Source of the DNA: an uncultured archaeon
Lineage (GTDB): Archaea > Iainarchaeota > Iainarchaeia > Iainarchaeales > 1-14-0-10-31-34
Assembly: GCA_964608675.1 (NCBI GenBank)
Contig: CAZSOZ010000002.1
Location: forward strand, 203,013 to 267,012
Length of the DNA stretch: 64,000 bases
Direction of reading: 5' to 3'
The notes below the pieces were generated by a model that had not been told where the DNA came from, made no database searches, and worked only from the letters and a program-made list of their open reading frames with translations. Each line of letters starts with the position of its first letter. Position 1 is the first letter of the stretch. Shown here one piece after another: positions 9,487 to 19,349 of the stretch. Both the position numbers and the translations under genes were made by a program.

Positions 9487-9887
9487 TTTTTTACCTTCTT
9501 TTTGCTGCATTCAGAACATAAACCATAAAAAATTACGTTAACTGAATCAGGCTTGAATTCTCTTGACTTGAATTTGTCAAGCAGGTCTTTTGGAAAATTT
9601 TTGTCAGTGTATTCAATTATTTTTCCGCAGTTCCTGCATACACAGTGTTCATGAAGATTACAGTCAGCATCAAATCTGAATTCCCCGTTAATTTCAAGCC
9701 TGCAGATTTTACCTAGTTCAGCCAGCTTGCTTAAATTCCTGTAAACCGTTGCACGGGTAATTGACGGAACCTCTTCTTTTACTGCATTATAAATTGTTTC
9801 TGCATTAGGATGGGATTTAACTTTTTTCAGGTAATCAAGAATTTTATGCATTTGAACTGTGTTTCTTATTTCTAAAGACATAAACAA
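9483..9887 (-). CDS. Fur-family regulator, PerR-like
   Basis: SHPNAETIY, ATVYRNL, HEHCVCRNCG, C-terminal CSEC; heads the ahpC-sod-ftn unit. Confidence 0.88.
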   Translation of the reverse strand: MFMSLEIRNTVQMHKILDYLKKVKSHPNAETIYNAVKEEVPSITRATVYRNLSKLAELGKICRLEINGEFRFDADCNLHEHCVCRNCGKIIEYTDKNFPKDLLDKFKSREFKPDSVNVIFYGLCSECSKKKVKK

Positions 9888-9979
9888 ACCTTATTTATAA
9901 TAAATATTAATTAGTAGCAATTATTATTTAAAGCTTTTGGTTGGTTTTTTGGTTTAAAAGAAATTTTTTTCATAAATAT

Positions 9980-11038
9980 TTATCTATTTAAATATGCTTC
10001 AAACAAGATGTCTGAACCTGATTTGCAGAAAACCGGATTTTTTAATTGAATTGATTTGCTTATTTTTTTTGTTTCAAGCTGACCAAAAACAGGAACTGCA
10101 TCATTTCCAAAAATTTTTGGAGAAATAAAAAACATTAATTTGTCTGCAAGTTTTTCCTTCAAAAAAGAAGTAAAAATTTGAGAGCCTCCCTCAACTAAAA
10201 CAGAAGAAATATTTCTTTTTCCGAGTTCAATTAAAAGTTTTTTTAAGTCAACTGAATTGTTTTTTCCTTTAATTTCTATTACTTTTTCTTTGAATTTTTT
10301 TTCTGGAAAAAGTTTTTTGTCTGTTCCTGCAATCAAAAAGTTTTTATCAGAAAAAACATTTAAGCTGGAAGAAATTTTTTTGGAGCAAACAATTATTCTT
10401 AAAGGGTTTCTGCTTTTTGGAATCCTTGAAGTAAGTTTTGGATTGTCTTTTTTTGCAGTATTTTCTCCGATTAAAACTGCATCAATTTTTGAACGAAGAG
10501 CATGCACTAGTTTTCTTGATTCAAGGGAAGAAATCCATTTTGAATCAAAGTTTTTTAATGCTATTTTTCCATCCAAAGAAACTGCTGCTTTAAGGACTAC
10601 AAAAGGCTTTCTTGTTTTTTGAAATTTAATGTATGCTTCATTTATTTTTTTTGCTTTTTTTTCAAGCAGGCCTGTTTCAACTTTTATTCCTGCTTTTTTT
10701 AATTCGTTTATTCCTTTTCCATTAACTAAAGGATTCGGGTCCTTTAAAGCAACTGCAACTTTTTTTATGCCTGACTGAATTATTGCTTTTGTGCAGGGAG
10801 GAGTTCTTCCGTAATGAGAGCAGGGTTCAAGAGAAACAAACATTTCAGCATTAACTGCTTTTTTTCCTGCTTTATTTAAAGCATTAATTTCTGCGTGCTT
10901 TCCTGCGTTTTTTTCATAAAATCCTTCGCCAATAATTTTTTTGTTTTTAACTATTATACAGCCTACGAAAGGATTTGGAGAAACATTTGCTTTAAGGGAA
11001 ATTTCCAAGGCTCTTTCCATGAATTTTTTTTTGTTCAT
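9980..11038 (-). CDS. ribD: Bifunctional pyrimidine deaminase/reductase
   Basis: PNPFVGC, HAE, LEPCSHYGRTPPC, AVSLDGKIA, VLVEGG. Confidence 0.95.
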   Translation of the reverse strand: MNKKKFMERALEISLKANVSPNPFVGCIIVKNKKIIGEGFYEKNAGKHAEINALNKAGKKAVNAEMFVSLEPCSHYGRTPPCTKAIIQSGIKKVAVALKDPNPLVNGKGINELKKAGIKVETGLLEKKAKKINEAYIKFQKTRKPFVVLKAAVSLDGKIALKNFDSKWISSLESRKLVHALRSKIDAVLIGENTAKKDNPKLTSRIPKSRNPLRIIVCSKKISSSLNVFSDKNFLIAGTDKKLFPEKKFKEKVIEIKGKNNSVDLKKLLIELGKRNISSVLVEGGSQIFTSFLKEKLADKLMFFISPKIFGNDAVPVFGQLETKKISKSIQLKNPVFCKSGSDILFEAYLNR

Positions 11039-12222
11039 AACAAATGGCCTAATTTTTCTTTTTTTGTCTGAAAATAATTTTTTGAAAAATTTGTTGGAGA
11101 AATCTTTAAGGGAATTCTTTTGCTTACAGTTATTCCGTTTTCTTTCAACTGCTTAATTTTTTCAGGGTTGTTGGTCATTAACTTAATTTTTTTTGCTCCA
11201 AGTTTTTTGAGGATTTCAGCTGCAACAGCAAAACTTCTTTCATCAGGTTTATGGCCTAAAGCAGTGTTTGCCTGAACTGTATCAAAACCCTGTTCCTGCA
11301 AATGATAAGCCTTAATTTTTTCAATTATTCCTATTCCCCTTCCCTCCTGAAACAAATAAACCAGAATTCCTGCGCTTTCCTCATTTATTTTTTGAAGAGA
11401 AGATTCAAGCTGGCTTCCGCAATCGCATTTAAGAGAATGAAAAATTTCTCCAGTAATGCACTGAGAATGAAGCCTTACCAAAACTTCCTTGTTTTTTATT
11501 TCTCCTTTAACTAATGCAAGATGAACAGAATTATCAGAAGAAAAACTGAAAGCCATTAATTTCATTAAACCAAATTTGGTTGGAAGAACAGCAGAAGACT
11601 CAATTTTAACTAATTCATCAAATTCTTTTCTGAATTCAATTAAATCATCAATTGAAACCATTTTAATTTTGTGTTCATCAGAAAACTCCTTTAATTCATT
11701 CAAGTTTTTAACTGAACCATTTTTATTTACAAGCTCTCCTATGACTCCTGCAGGATAATGCTCAGAAAGCCTTGCTAAATCAACTGCAGCTTCTGTGTGG
11801 CCTTCTCTTCCAAGAACTCCTAAAGGATGAGCAAACAAAGGAAAAACGTGGCCAGGGAAACCAAAATCCTTTTTTTCTGCAGAAAAAGAAATTAATGTCT
11901 TAATTGTTTGATTTCTGTCTTTAGCTGAAATCCCTGAACCTACTTTATTGACGGCATCAACAGAAACAGAAAAACTTGTATTAAAATTATCTGAACTTTT
12001 TTTAACCATTCTTGGAATACCCAATTCATTAAGCCTTTTTTCCTGCATTGGAACACAAATTATTCCAGAAGTATGGTTGACCATGAAAGCCATTTTTTGT
12101 TCAGTTAATTTTTCTGCAGGAACAAACAAGTCTCCTTCGCTTTCCCTGTCTTTATGATCCACTACAATCAAAAAATTTCCTTTCTTTAATTCATTCAAAG
12201 CTTCAGAAACAGACGAAAACAT
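11035..12222 (-). CDS. ribBA: DHBP synthase / GTP cyclohydrolase II
   Basis: DRESEGD, PGHVFPL, REGHTEA; RLHSQCITG..SLKCDCG, QEGRGIG, TNNP. Confidence 0.95.
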   Translation of the reverse strand: MFSSVSEALNELKKGNFLIVVDHKDRESEGDLFVPAEKLTEQKMAFMVNHTSGIICVPMQEKRLNELGIPRMVKKSSDNFNTSFSVSVDAVNKVGSGISAKDRNQTIKTLISFSAEKKDFGFPGHVFPLFAHPLGVLGREGHTEAAVDLARLSEHYPAGVIGELVNKNGSVKNLNELKEFSDEHKIKMVSIDDLIEFRKEFDELVKIESSAVLPTKFGLMKLMAFSFSSDNSVHLALVKGEIKNKEVLVRLHSQCITGEIFHSLKCDCGSQLESSLQKINEESAGILVYLFQEGRGIGIIEKIKAYHLQEQGFDTVQANTALGHKPDERSFAVAAEILKKLGAKKIKLMTNNPEKIKQLKENGITVSKRIPLKISPTNFSKNYFQTKKEKLGHLL

Positions 12223-13104
12223 TTATTTCACCTTTAATGATTTAAAAACTGATTCAACTGAATGCCTTGCATAAGATTCAATTCTTTTAACTGCCTGTTC
12301 CTTTGAAATCCCTGGACCAGAAACTCCAAAAGCAACAGGTTTATTGAATTCAAGACTTAAAGAAAAAACTTTGTCAGCACAAGTAAAAGCAACAACTTCG
12401 TCATGAAAAGTTTCTCCTTTAATTACTGCCCCCAAAACAATCACTGCATTAATATCCTTCTCCTTTAAAAGAAATTTGACTGCCAGAGGAGCATCCAAAA
12501 CGCCTGAAACATGAATTGATTCTTTTACCAGCATTCCAAGTCTTTCTGCATGAATTAAAGCAGTTGACTTCATTTTATGAGTGATATCTGAATTATAATC
12601 CGAAACAACCAAACCAAGTTTTATTGTTTTACTGAAAGGAGGCTTAATTTGCCCTTCATCAGAAAAACCCTGGCGTCTTCCTTTTCCAGCAAATTCAGAA
12701 AGAACAGTTTTGCTTTCAAGTAAAGCCAAAGCATTCAAAACATGCTTTTTTGTTCTTTGTTCAGCTATACTGTAAAGTTGTTCTTCAGTTTTTGCTTCAT
12801 CCATATGAACAAAAACTTCAAGAATAAACTTGTTTTCCGACAACTGCACGCGCTGAATAGAAAGAGAAGCTTCATGAGAACAAGTTTTATCAATTTTTTC
12901 AGGACCGGGCATCCCCAAAGCAATAACCAAATCACAATTGTGTTGCTGGAAAAGTTTTTGACAGGCAACAGGAAGGTCTTTAATGCCTGGAACCGTAAAT
13001 CTTTCAATGTCTCCCTGAAAACCTGATTCAGTTAATTGCTGTTCAACAAAATCAAACATGTTTACTCTGGAAAAAGTTGTGTCAGCAATACCAATTTTAA
13101 CCAT
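12223..13104 (-). CDS. Fusion of archaeal-type riboflavin synthase (RibC) and 6,7-dimethyl-8-ribityllumazine synthase (RibH)
   Basis: N-half IGIADTTFSRVNM, TVPGIKDLPVAC, GMPG..IDK.CSHEAS, EVFVHMDE, GKGRRQG; C-half LGLVVSDYN, GAVIKGETFHDEVV, KPVAFGVSGPG; single open frame. Confidence 0.88.
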   Translation of the reverse strand: MVKIGIADTTFSRVNMFDFVEQQLTESGFQGDIERFTVPGIKDLPVACQKLFQQHNCDLVIALGMPGPEKIDKTCSHEASLSIQRVQLSENKFILEVFVHMDEAKTEEQLYSIAEQRTKKHVLNALALLESKTVLSEFAGKGRRQGFSDEGQIKPPFSKTIKLGLVVSDYNSDITHKMKSTALIHAERLGMLVKESIHVSGVLDAPLAVKFLLKEKDINAVIVLGAVIKGETFHDEVVAFTCADKVFSLSLEFNKPVAFGVSGPGISKEQAVKRIESYARHSVESVFKSLKVK

Positions 13105-13205
13105 AAAATAAAAAGAAAACAGATTACTTAAAAATGTTTGGCTACTCAAAAAAGAGTAGATGCTTTGGGGAATGCATTCTGCTCAAAAACAAAAACTTTT
13201 TTTTG

Positions 13206-14411
13206 TTATTCTTTGTCACGCAGTGCTTCAACAGGATCCATTAAAGAAGCTCTTCTGGAAGGAATAAAACCTGAAATCACTCCAACAAAAAAAGCAAAAC
13301 CAAGAGAACCTAAAAAAAGAAATAAATTAAATTCAATAAACAAATCAACTCCTGATGAGCTTGCAATGATTCCTCCAATTAAAGCCAAAGCAAAACCAAT
13401 TAAATAGCCGATAAATCCTCCAATTAAACCAATGATTCCTGATTCAGTCAAAAAAAGCGAAAGAACAATAGTGTTTGTTGCGCCCACTGCTTTCATTACT
13501 CCTATTTCTTTTGTGCGCTCAACAACAGACATAAGCATTGTATTCATTATTCCAATGCCTCCTACAACCAAAGAAATTGCAGCAATAAAAACCAAAACAA
13601 TCTGAATTAAACCTAAAACACTTAAAGCAGTTTCCTGTATTTGGGATGCAGTTAAAATCTGAAAATCTTCTTGTCCGTGAGCTCTCTCTAATTCTCTTTT
13701 AATTCTTTCTTTTACTTCAGAAACATCTTCTTTATTTACTGCTTTAGCAAAAATTCTATAAGGAGTTAATTCTTTTCCTGTTATTTCCTCTAAAGTTTCA
13801 TAATTCATTACAACCGCATTATCAAACATTGAACCAAAAGACTGACCTGTTGCCTTAGTGATTCCAACAACTTTTAATGAACCTCCTTCAAGAACAAGAT
13901 TCTGCTTTAAATTTATTTTATTTTCAAACTTGTCTTCAGCAAAAGTTTCTCCAATTAAAACAGAATAGTTATCTGAAGAAGCCAAATGCCTTCCTTTATT
14001 TACAGTTAAAACACCCAAATCTTCAAGCAAAGACTGTTTTTTTACGTCAATTCCCAAAATCAAAGCAATTTTTTTTTCGTCTTTGAATTCAATGTTTTCA
14101 GTTGACAAATACAAAGGAGTAGCTGATTCAACTCCTTTGACTGCTTCAACTCTGTCCGCATCTTTTTCATCAAGTTTAGCAAAAGCAGAACTCACAAAAC
14201 TGGAGCCAGGCAAAACAATCAAAGTGTTTGAACCAAGTTTTTCAAATTCTTTTTCAACTGATTTATTAAATCCTTCTCCTATTGAAATTAATGCAACAAC
14301 AGAACCAATTCCAATAATTATTCCAAGCAAAGTCAAAAAACTTCTGAGTTTCTGCTTTTTAAGGTTTTCAAATGCATTAAAAAATAATTCTCTGAAATCC
14401 ATTTTTTTCAC
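13206..14411 (-). CDS. MacB/FtsX-family ABC transporter permease
   Basis: RSFLTLLGIIIGI, GGIGIMNTMLMSVVERTKEIG, DPVEALR. Confidence 0.92.
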   Translation of the reverse strand: MKKMDFRELFFNAFENLKKQKLRSFLTLLGIIIGIGSVVALISIGEGFNKSVEKEFEKLGSNTLIVLPGSSFVSSAFAKLDEKDADRVEAVKGVESATPLYLSTENIEFKDEKKIALILGIDVKKQSLLEDLGVLTVNKGRHLASSDNYSVLIGETFAEDKFENKINLKQNLVLEGGSLKVVGITKATGQSFGSMFDNAVVMNYETLEEITGKELTPYRIFAKAVNKEDVSEVKERIKRELERAHGQEDFQILTASQIQETALSVLGLIQIVLVFIAAISLVVGGIGIMNTMLMSVVERTKEIGVMKAVGATNTIVLSLFLTESGIIGLIGGFIGYLIGFALALIGGIIASSSGVDLFIEFNLFLFLGSLGFAFFVGVISGFIPSRRASLMDPVEALRDKE

Positions 14412-14437
14412 TTAACCAATTTTCTTTTTTTAATTTT

Positions 14438-15655
14438 TTATTCAAATCTTAATGCCTCAACTGGATCCATTTCTGCTGCTCTTTTTGCAGGAATCCATCC
14501 AGAAACCATGCCAACAACCAAAGAAAAAATTAATGCACCTGCAATTAATTCAATTGAAGGAAAAGCATTAAATGCAAAACCTGCATAAGAAGCAGTAAAA
14601 GACGCAAACAAAGCAATCAAAGAACCCAAAACTGCTCCTACAATTCCTCCAATTAAACCAATTAAAGCTGATTCAAACAAAAAAATCCCAAGAACTGTAG
14701 TGCTTGTAGCACCAATAGCTTTCATTATGCCGATTTCTCTTGTTCTTTCCATTACAGCCATTAACATTGTATTCATTATGCCTATTCCTCCTACTACAAG
14801 AGAAATTCCTGCAATCACAAAAACAATTAATCCTACCAAACCAAGTATTGCGTCTGCTCCCTGAAGCAGATTCTCTGAAGTCATTGTATAAAAGTCTTTT
14901 GCCCCGTGCTTTTTTTCTAATTCGTCTTCAATTTCTTCCTGTATTTCATTAATTCTTTCAGTGTCTTCAACTGTAACCAGCAATTCAACAGGATTTTTTT
15001 CATTAAAATAGTCTTCAACCACTCTTTTGTTTACTAACACCATATTAGAAACGCCAAAAGAAGAAGCAAAAGCATTAGGTTTGCTTATTGCAATAACACG
15101 AAATTTTTTTCCGTTTATTTCAATGTTTTCTCTTACCTGAATTTCTTCATCAAAAGTTTCAGAAGCAAAATCAGAATACAAGCCAACAGAAAAATTGTCT
15201 GTTGAAGTAAATTCTCTTCCTTCAATTATTTGCACGTAACCCATTTGTTCAAGCAAATACATTTTGTCTGCTTCCATTCCAACTAAAATCACTTCCACTT
15301 CCTGTCCTTTGTATTCAAGTATTGCAGAAGTTTCCCAAAAACCAGTAGCATCTTCAACTCCTCTAACTCGCTTAATTACATCCAAATCATCTTCTTTTAA
15401 AGTACGGGCAATAGCAGTAGTGATTCCTGCTTCAGAACCAGGTTCAACAAAAATAGTGTTCATTCCAAGAGACTGAAGTTCTCCAGTAATGAATCCCTGC
15501 AGACCCTGAACAATAGCAATCAAAGAAACAATTGCAGCAATGCCAATAATTATTCCAAGCAAAGTCAAATAACTTCTAAGCTTCTGGTTTCTGATGTTTG
15601 TAAAAGCAACAGAAAAGGTTTCAAAATCAATCATTTGCACCTTTCCTTTTTTCAT
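14438..15655 (-). CDS. MacB/FtsX-family ABC transporter permease (paralog; start may be 15634)
   Basis: RSYLTLLGIIIGI, GGIGIMNTMLMAVMERTREIG, DPVEALR. Confidence 0.92.
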   Translation of the reverse strand: MKKGKVQMIDFETFSVAFTNIRNQKLRSYLTLLGIIIGIAAIVSLIAIVQGLQGFITGELQSLGMNTIFVEPGSEAGITTAIARTLKEDDLDVIKRVRGVEDATGFWETSAILEYKGQEVEVILVGMEADKMYLLEQMGYVQIIEGREFTSTDNFSVGLYSDFASETFDEEIQVRENIEINGKKFRVIAISKPNAFASSFGVSNMVLVNKRVVEDYFNEKNPVELLVTVEDTERINEIQEEIEDELEKKHGAKDFYTMTSENLLQGADAILGLVGLIVFVIAGISLVVGGIGIMNTMLMAVMERTREIGIMKAIGATSTTVLGIFLFESALIGLIGGIVGAVLGSLIALFASFTASYAGFAFNAFPSIELIAGALIFSLVVGMVSGWIPAKRAAEMDPVEALRFE

Positions 15656-16851
15656 TTATTTTTTTTAATGAATTTTTTATAAACAAACCTTCCTGCAAAA
15701 AACAATACAATCAAAACAACAATCCAAAACCATAAATTAAAATCGGAAACAGAAACTTCAGCAACATCATAAACTTTTAAAATTAAATTTTTGGTTATTG
15801 TTTTATCTGCACCATACTGGTCTTTGTACTGCATTATAATTTGAACAGGATATTCTCCTTTCTGCAAATCAGAATTCAAGTTAATTGTTTCTTTAAAAGA
15901 ATCAAAGTCATCCGCATTCATGGTTCCAATAAAATGCTTTGGATTCTCAAATTCTCCTATTTCAGTTGAAAGCAGTACAACAAGAGATTTTGCATCTCCT
16001 ACTCCAACATTAAATAAATCAAAAGTTAATTCAGTTGTCCCCCCAGAATAAGGCTTGACTGAATAATTACTTATAACTGCATCCATTTCAGCGTTCTCTG
16101 CTACCTTAATTCCAATGTATTTTGTTTCAGTGTAATCAGTTAATTCTTCGTCTTTAAATTTAATTGTAATCGGCACCATATAAGTTTTCTGGTCTGCTTC
16201 AGGATTAACCCCCAAAATAATTGCAACAGTTTTTTCCTGTCCTTCCTTTAATTCATTCAAAAAAACAAAAGAACTTCCCAGCTGTTTTATTTCTCTTTCA
16301 ACAACCACTCCGGTGCTGGTTACAGTTCGATCTTCAGTGCTTCCCACTAAAATATTCAAAGCTTTCCCTGAACCAACATTCTTTAAATTAAGGTTTACTT
16401 GAATGGACTGCCCTGGAGCAATCTCTGTCGGTTGAGCAGAAACAACTTCAATCTGAGGAGAAATCCTTAATACATCAATAGAATAAGGAACGCTTTTTTT
16501 TATGCCGTCTTCTTCAAGTACTTTCATTCTAATACTATAACTTCCATTTAATGCTTCAGAATTAACTCTGACTTTAAATTTAACTAAAAGGTTTTCGTTT
16601 CCTCTGATTGTTCCAAGCTGTTTTTCAGCTGAAACCCCTGGATCCAAAGAAAAAGGGTAATCTAAATCCAAAACAAATGAAACAGGATTTGATTCAGCAG
16701 AACTTTTATTTTTTACTACAATCCATAATTCAGTGTATTGTCCTGGAACAGCAGGAGAAGGCGAATAAGTAACAGAATTAATATCCAAATTTACTGCAGA
16801 AACAATTCCTACAAAAAACAAAACCAAAAAAAACAATAAAAATTTCTTCAT
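15652..16851 (-). CDS. COG1361 S-layer-domain protein (signal peptide, Ig-like repeats, C-terminal TM)
   Basis: PSPAVPGQ, LKNVGSGKALN, FNVGVGDAK repeats; usual partner of archaeal MacB-type ABC operons. Confidence 0.75.
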   Translation of the reverse strand: MKKFLLFFLVLFFVGIVSAVNLDINSVTYSPSPAVPGQYTELWIVVKNKSSAESNPVSFVLDLDYPFSLDPGVSAEKQLGTIRGNENLLVKFKVRVNSEALNGSYSIRMKVLEEDGIKKSVPYSIDVLRISPQIEVVSAQPTEIAPGQSIQVNLNLKNVGSGKALNILVGSTEDRTVTSTGVVVEREIKQLGSSFVFLNELKEGQEKTVAIILGVNPEADQKTYMVPITIKFKDEELTDYTETKYIGIKVAENAEMDAVISNYSVKPYSGGTTELTFDLFNVGVGDAKSLVVLLSTEIGEFENPKHFIGTMNADDFDSFKETINLNSDLQKGEYPVQIIMQYKDQYGADKTITKNLILKVYDVAEVSVSDFNLWFWIVVLIVLFFAGRFVYKKFIKKNK

Positions 16852-16939
16852 TTTTTACACCTCAAAATGACTCGGGGTATTGCATTAAATAATTTGAATC
16901 CTGCAATAATAATTTAAATCAATAATTTAATAAACGCTT

Positions 16940-17647
16940 TCAATTTTTTTTTAGTTTTTTGTCGTCAACAATTTTTCCGTCTTTTAAAAAAATTATTCTC
17001 TGAGCTTTTTCTGCAATATCCTGTTCATGAGTTACGATTAAAATAGTTTTTCCTTTCTTTGAATGCAAATCAGAAATTAAATCCATTATTTGGTCTCCTG
17101 ATTTTGAATCAAGGTTTCCAGTAGGTTCATCTGCAACAATAATATCAGGATTAACAGCTAATGCACGAGCAATAGCCACTCTCTGCCTTTGGCCTCCGGA
17201 AAGCTCGCTTGGCTTATGGTTAATTCTGTCTCCTAAACCAACATCAGACAAAATTTTTTCTGCAGTTTTTTCTCTTTCGTTTCTTGAAGTCCCCTGAAAC
17301 CACAAAGGAAGCATTACGTTTTCTTTTGCAGTCAAACGATTAATTAAATTAAATGTCTGAAAAACAAAACCAATAGTTTGTCCTCTGATTTTAGCTAATT
17401 CATTGTCATCCATTTTTGAAATCGGCTTATTATTAATAAACACTTCTCCTGAACTAGGACGCAGTAAAACACTTAAAATGTCAAGCAAAGTTGTTTTGCC
17501 TGAACCAGAAGGCCCCATAATAGAAAGAAATTCTCCTTCCTTTAATTCAAAGTTAACTCCATTCAAAGCATTAACTTTAACTTTACCCATAAAATAAGTT
17601 TTAACTACATTTTCTGCTTTAATAATTGTTTTTCCTGCCATCAGCAC
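16940..17647 (-). CDS. ABC transporter ATP-binding protein (LolD/MacB-like)
   Basis: [29 protein letters not shown]. Confidence 0.95.
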   Translation of the reverse strand: MLMAGKTIIKAENVVKTYFMGKVKVNALNGVNFELKEGEFLSIMGPSGSGKTTLLDILSVLLRPSSGEVFINNKPISKMDDNELAKIRGQTIGFVFQTFNLINRLTAKENVMLPLWFQGTSRNEREKTAEKILSDVGLGDRINHKPSELSGGQRQRVAIARALAVNPDIIVADEPTGNLDSKSGDQIMDLISDLHSKKGKTILIVTHEQDIAEKAQRIIFLKDGKIVDDKKLKKN

Positions 17648-17742
17648 ACCAAAAAAAAAAGTTTTTCAATAAAAAATGAAGTCAAATCAATTTAAATAAT
17701 TTTTGAAATGTAATTTTTTTATTAAAAAAAAAAGAGAAAAAA

Positions 17743-19278
17743 ATGAATAAAAAAGATTTAATAAAAAAAATAAAAGAAAACTGCACTTTAATTAAAAATC
17801 CTTTACCAGAGGAATTAAGAGAAACTGCCAAGCCAATGGAAAAAACAACTGAATTTGGTTCAGCATCATATGTGACAAAAATAAGAAGCAGAAGCGCAAA
17901 AAAAACTTTTATTGTGCCAGAAATAAAACTGGGAATAAAACAACAGGAAATAAAAGAAAAAGAAGCAGATGAACTCGCAGAAAAAGTTTTTGAATACCTT
18001 AAAGGAAAAGAATTAATTCAATTAGACAAAACAATGTGTACAAAACAGGAATACGAAATTCCCTGCAGGCTTTATGTAAGCAAAGAACAAGCAAAACTTG
18101 CTTTCATGTGGAATTATATGCTGTTTGAATCAAAGCCTGCTGAACCGGAAATGATTTCAATTCATATTCCTGAATGGCCTGAAACAAAAATATTTTGTTA
18201 TCCAAAACAAAAAATTACTTTTTGTCTGGGTTCAGATTACTTTGGAGAAGTAAAAAAAAGTTTTCTGAGAATGGGCATGTTTTATCATAAAGAAAGAACA
18301 AAAGGATTAGGATTTCATGCAGGAAGCAAACTACTTAAAGTAAAAAACAAAAACAATGAATTAAAAGAAACCGGTTTTATTATGTTTGGATTAAGCGGAA
18401 CAGGAAAAACCACTTTAACAATCCACAACCATAACTTAACAGGAGAAGAAGAATACAGCATAAGACAGGATGACGTAGTGTTTATGAACGAAAAAGGATT
18501 CTGTGCAGGAACAGAATACGGTTTTTTTATTAAAACAGAAGGATTAGATGAAAGCCAAAAAGTTTTATATGAAGCAGCCACAAAACCCACTGCAATCTTT
18601 GAAAACGTAATGGTAAAAGAAAACGGAAAAATAGACTTCAAAGACTTAAGTTTGACTTCAAACGGAAGAGGCGTTTTGCCCAGAAATTCAGTTGAAGGCG
18701 CAGGACCAGAAATAAATTTGCCTAAAGCACACAAAATAATTTTTATTACAAGAAGAGAAGACATTGTTCCAGTAATAGCAAAACTTTCACCAGAGCAGGC
18801 AACAGCATTCTTTATGTTAGGAGAAAGCATTGAAACTTCAGCAGGAGATCCTTCAAAAGCAGGGCAGTCAAAAAGAGAAGTTGGAACAAACCCATTCATT
18901 ATAGGAAAAGAAGAAGAAGAAGGAAACAGATTATATGAAATACTCAAAAAAAACAAGGACATTGAATGCTTTGTAATGAATACAGGAGGCATTGGAAGAA
19001 CAGGATTCGGAAAAGGAAAAAACATTTCAATTAAACTGTCAACCGATATAATGAAATTTATTGCAAAAGACATGATTGAATGGATAGAAGACTCTCACTG
19101 GAATTATTTAGTGCCAAAAAACATTCCTGGATTTGATTTCTCTGAATTTGATCCGGCAAAATATTATTCTCCAGAAGAATTCGAAGAAAAAATCAATAAA
19201 CTAAGAACAGAAAGAAAAGAATGGTTAGCTCAGTTTCCTGGACTAAAAAAAGAAATAATTGAATCAATTGAAAAATGA
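17743..19278 (+). CDS. pckA: Phosphoenolpyruvate carboxykinase (ATP-type)
   Basis: GSDYFGEVKK, HAGSK, FGLSGTGKTT, QDD, GTEYGFFIKT, NGRG, MNTG. Confidence 0.85.
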   Translation: MNKKDLIKKIKENCTLIKNPLPEELRETAKPMEKTTEFGSASYVTKIRSRSAKKTFIVPEIKLGIKQQEIKEKEADELAEKVFEYLKGKELIQLDKTMCTKQEYEIPCRLYVSKEQAKLAFMWNYMLFESKPAEPEMISIHIPEWPETKIFCYPKQKITFCLGSDYFGEVKKSFLRMGMFYHKERTKGLGFHAGSKLLKVKNKNNELKETGFIMFGLSGTGKTTLTIHNHNLTGEEEYSIRQDDVVFMNEKGFCAGTEYGFFIKTEGLDESQKVLYEAATKPTAIFENVMVKENGKIDFKDLSLTSNGRGVLPRNSVEGAGPEINLPKAHKIIFITRREDIVPVIAKLSPEQATAFFMLGESIETSAGDPSKAGQSKREVGTNPFIIGKEEEEGNRLYEILKKNKDIECFVMNTGGIGRTGFGKGKNISIKLSTDIMKFIAKDMIEWIEDSHWNYLVPKNIPGFDFSEFDPAKYYSPEEFEEKINKLRTERKEWLAQFPGLKKEIIESIEK

Positions 19279-19349
19279 AGCGGATTGATTTAAATTTGTT
19301 TTGCGCATTCTATTTTATGAAAAATTATGAAGTTTTTTGGAGGGGTTGA

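Noticed and set aside
13206-17647. ABC operon with duplicated permeases and an S-layer-domain protein as a novel system
   Set aside because: This arrangement is common and already known in archaea
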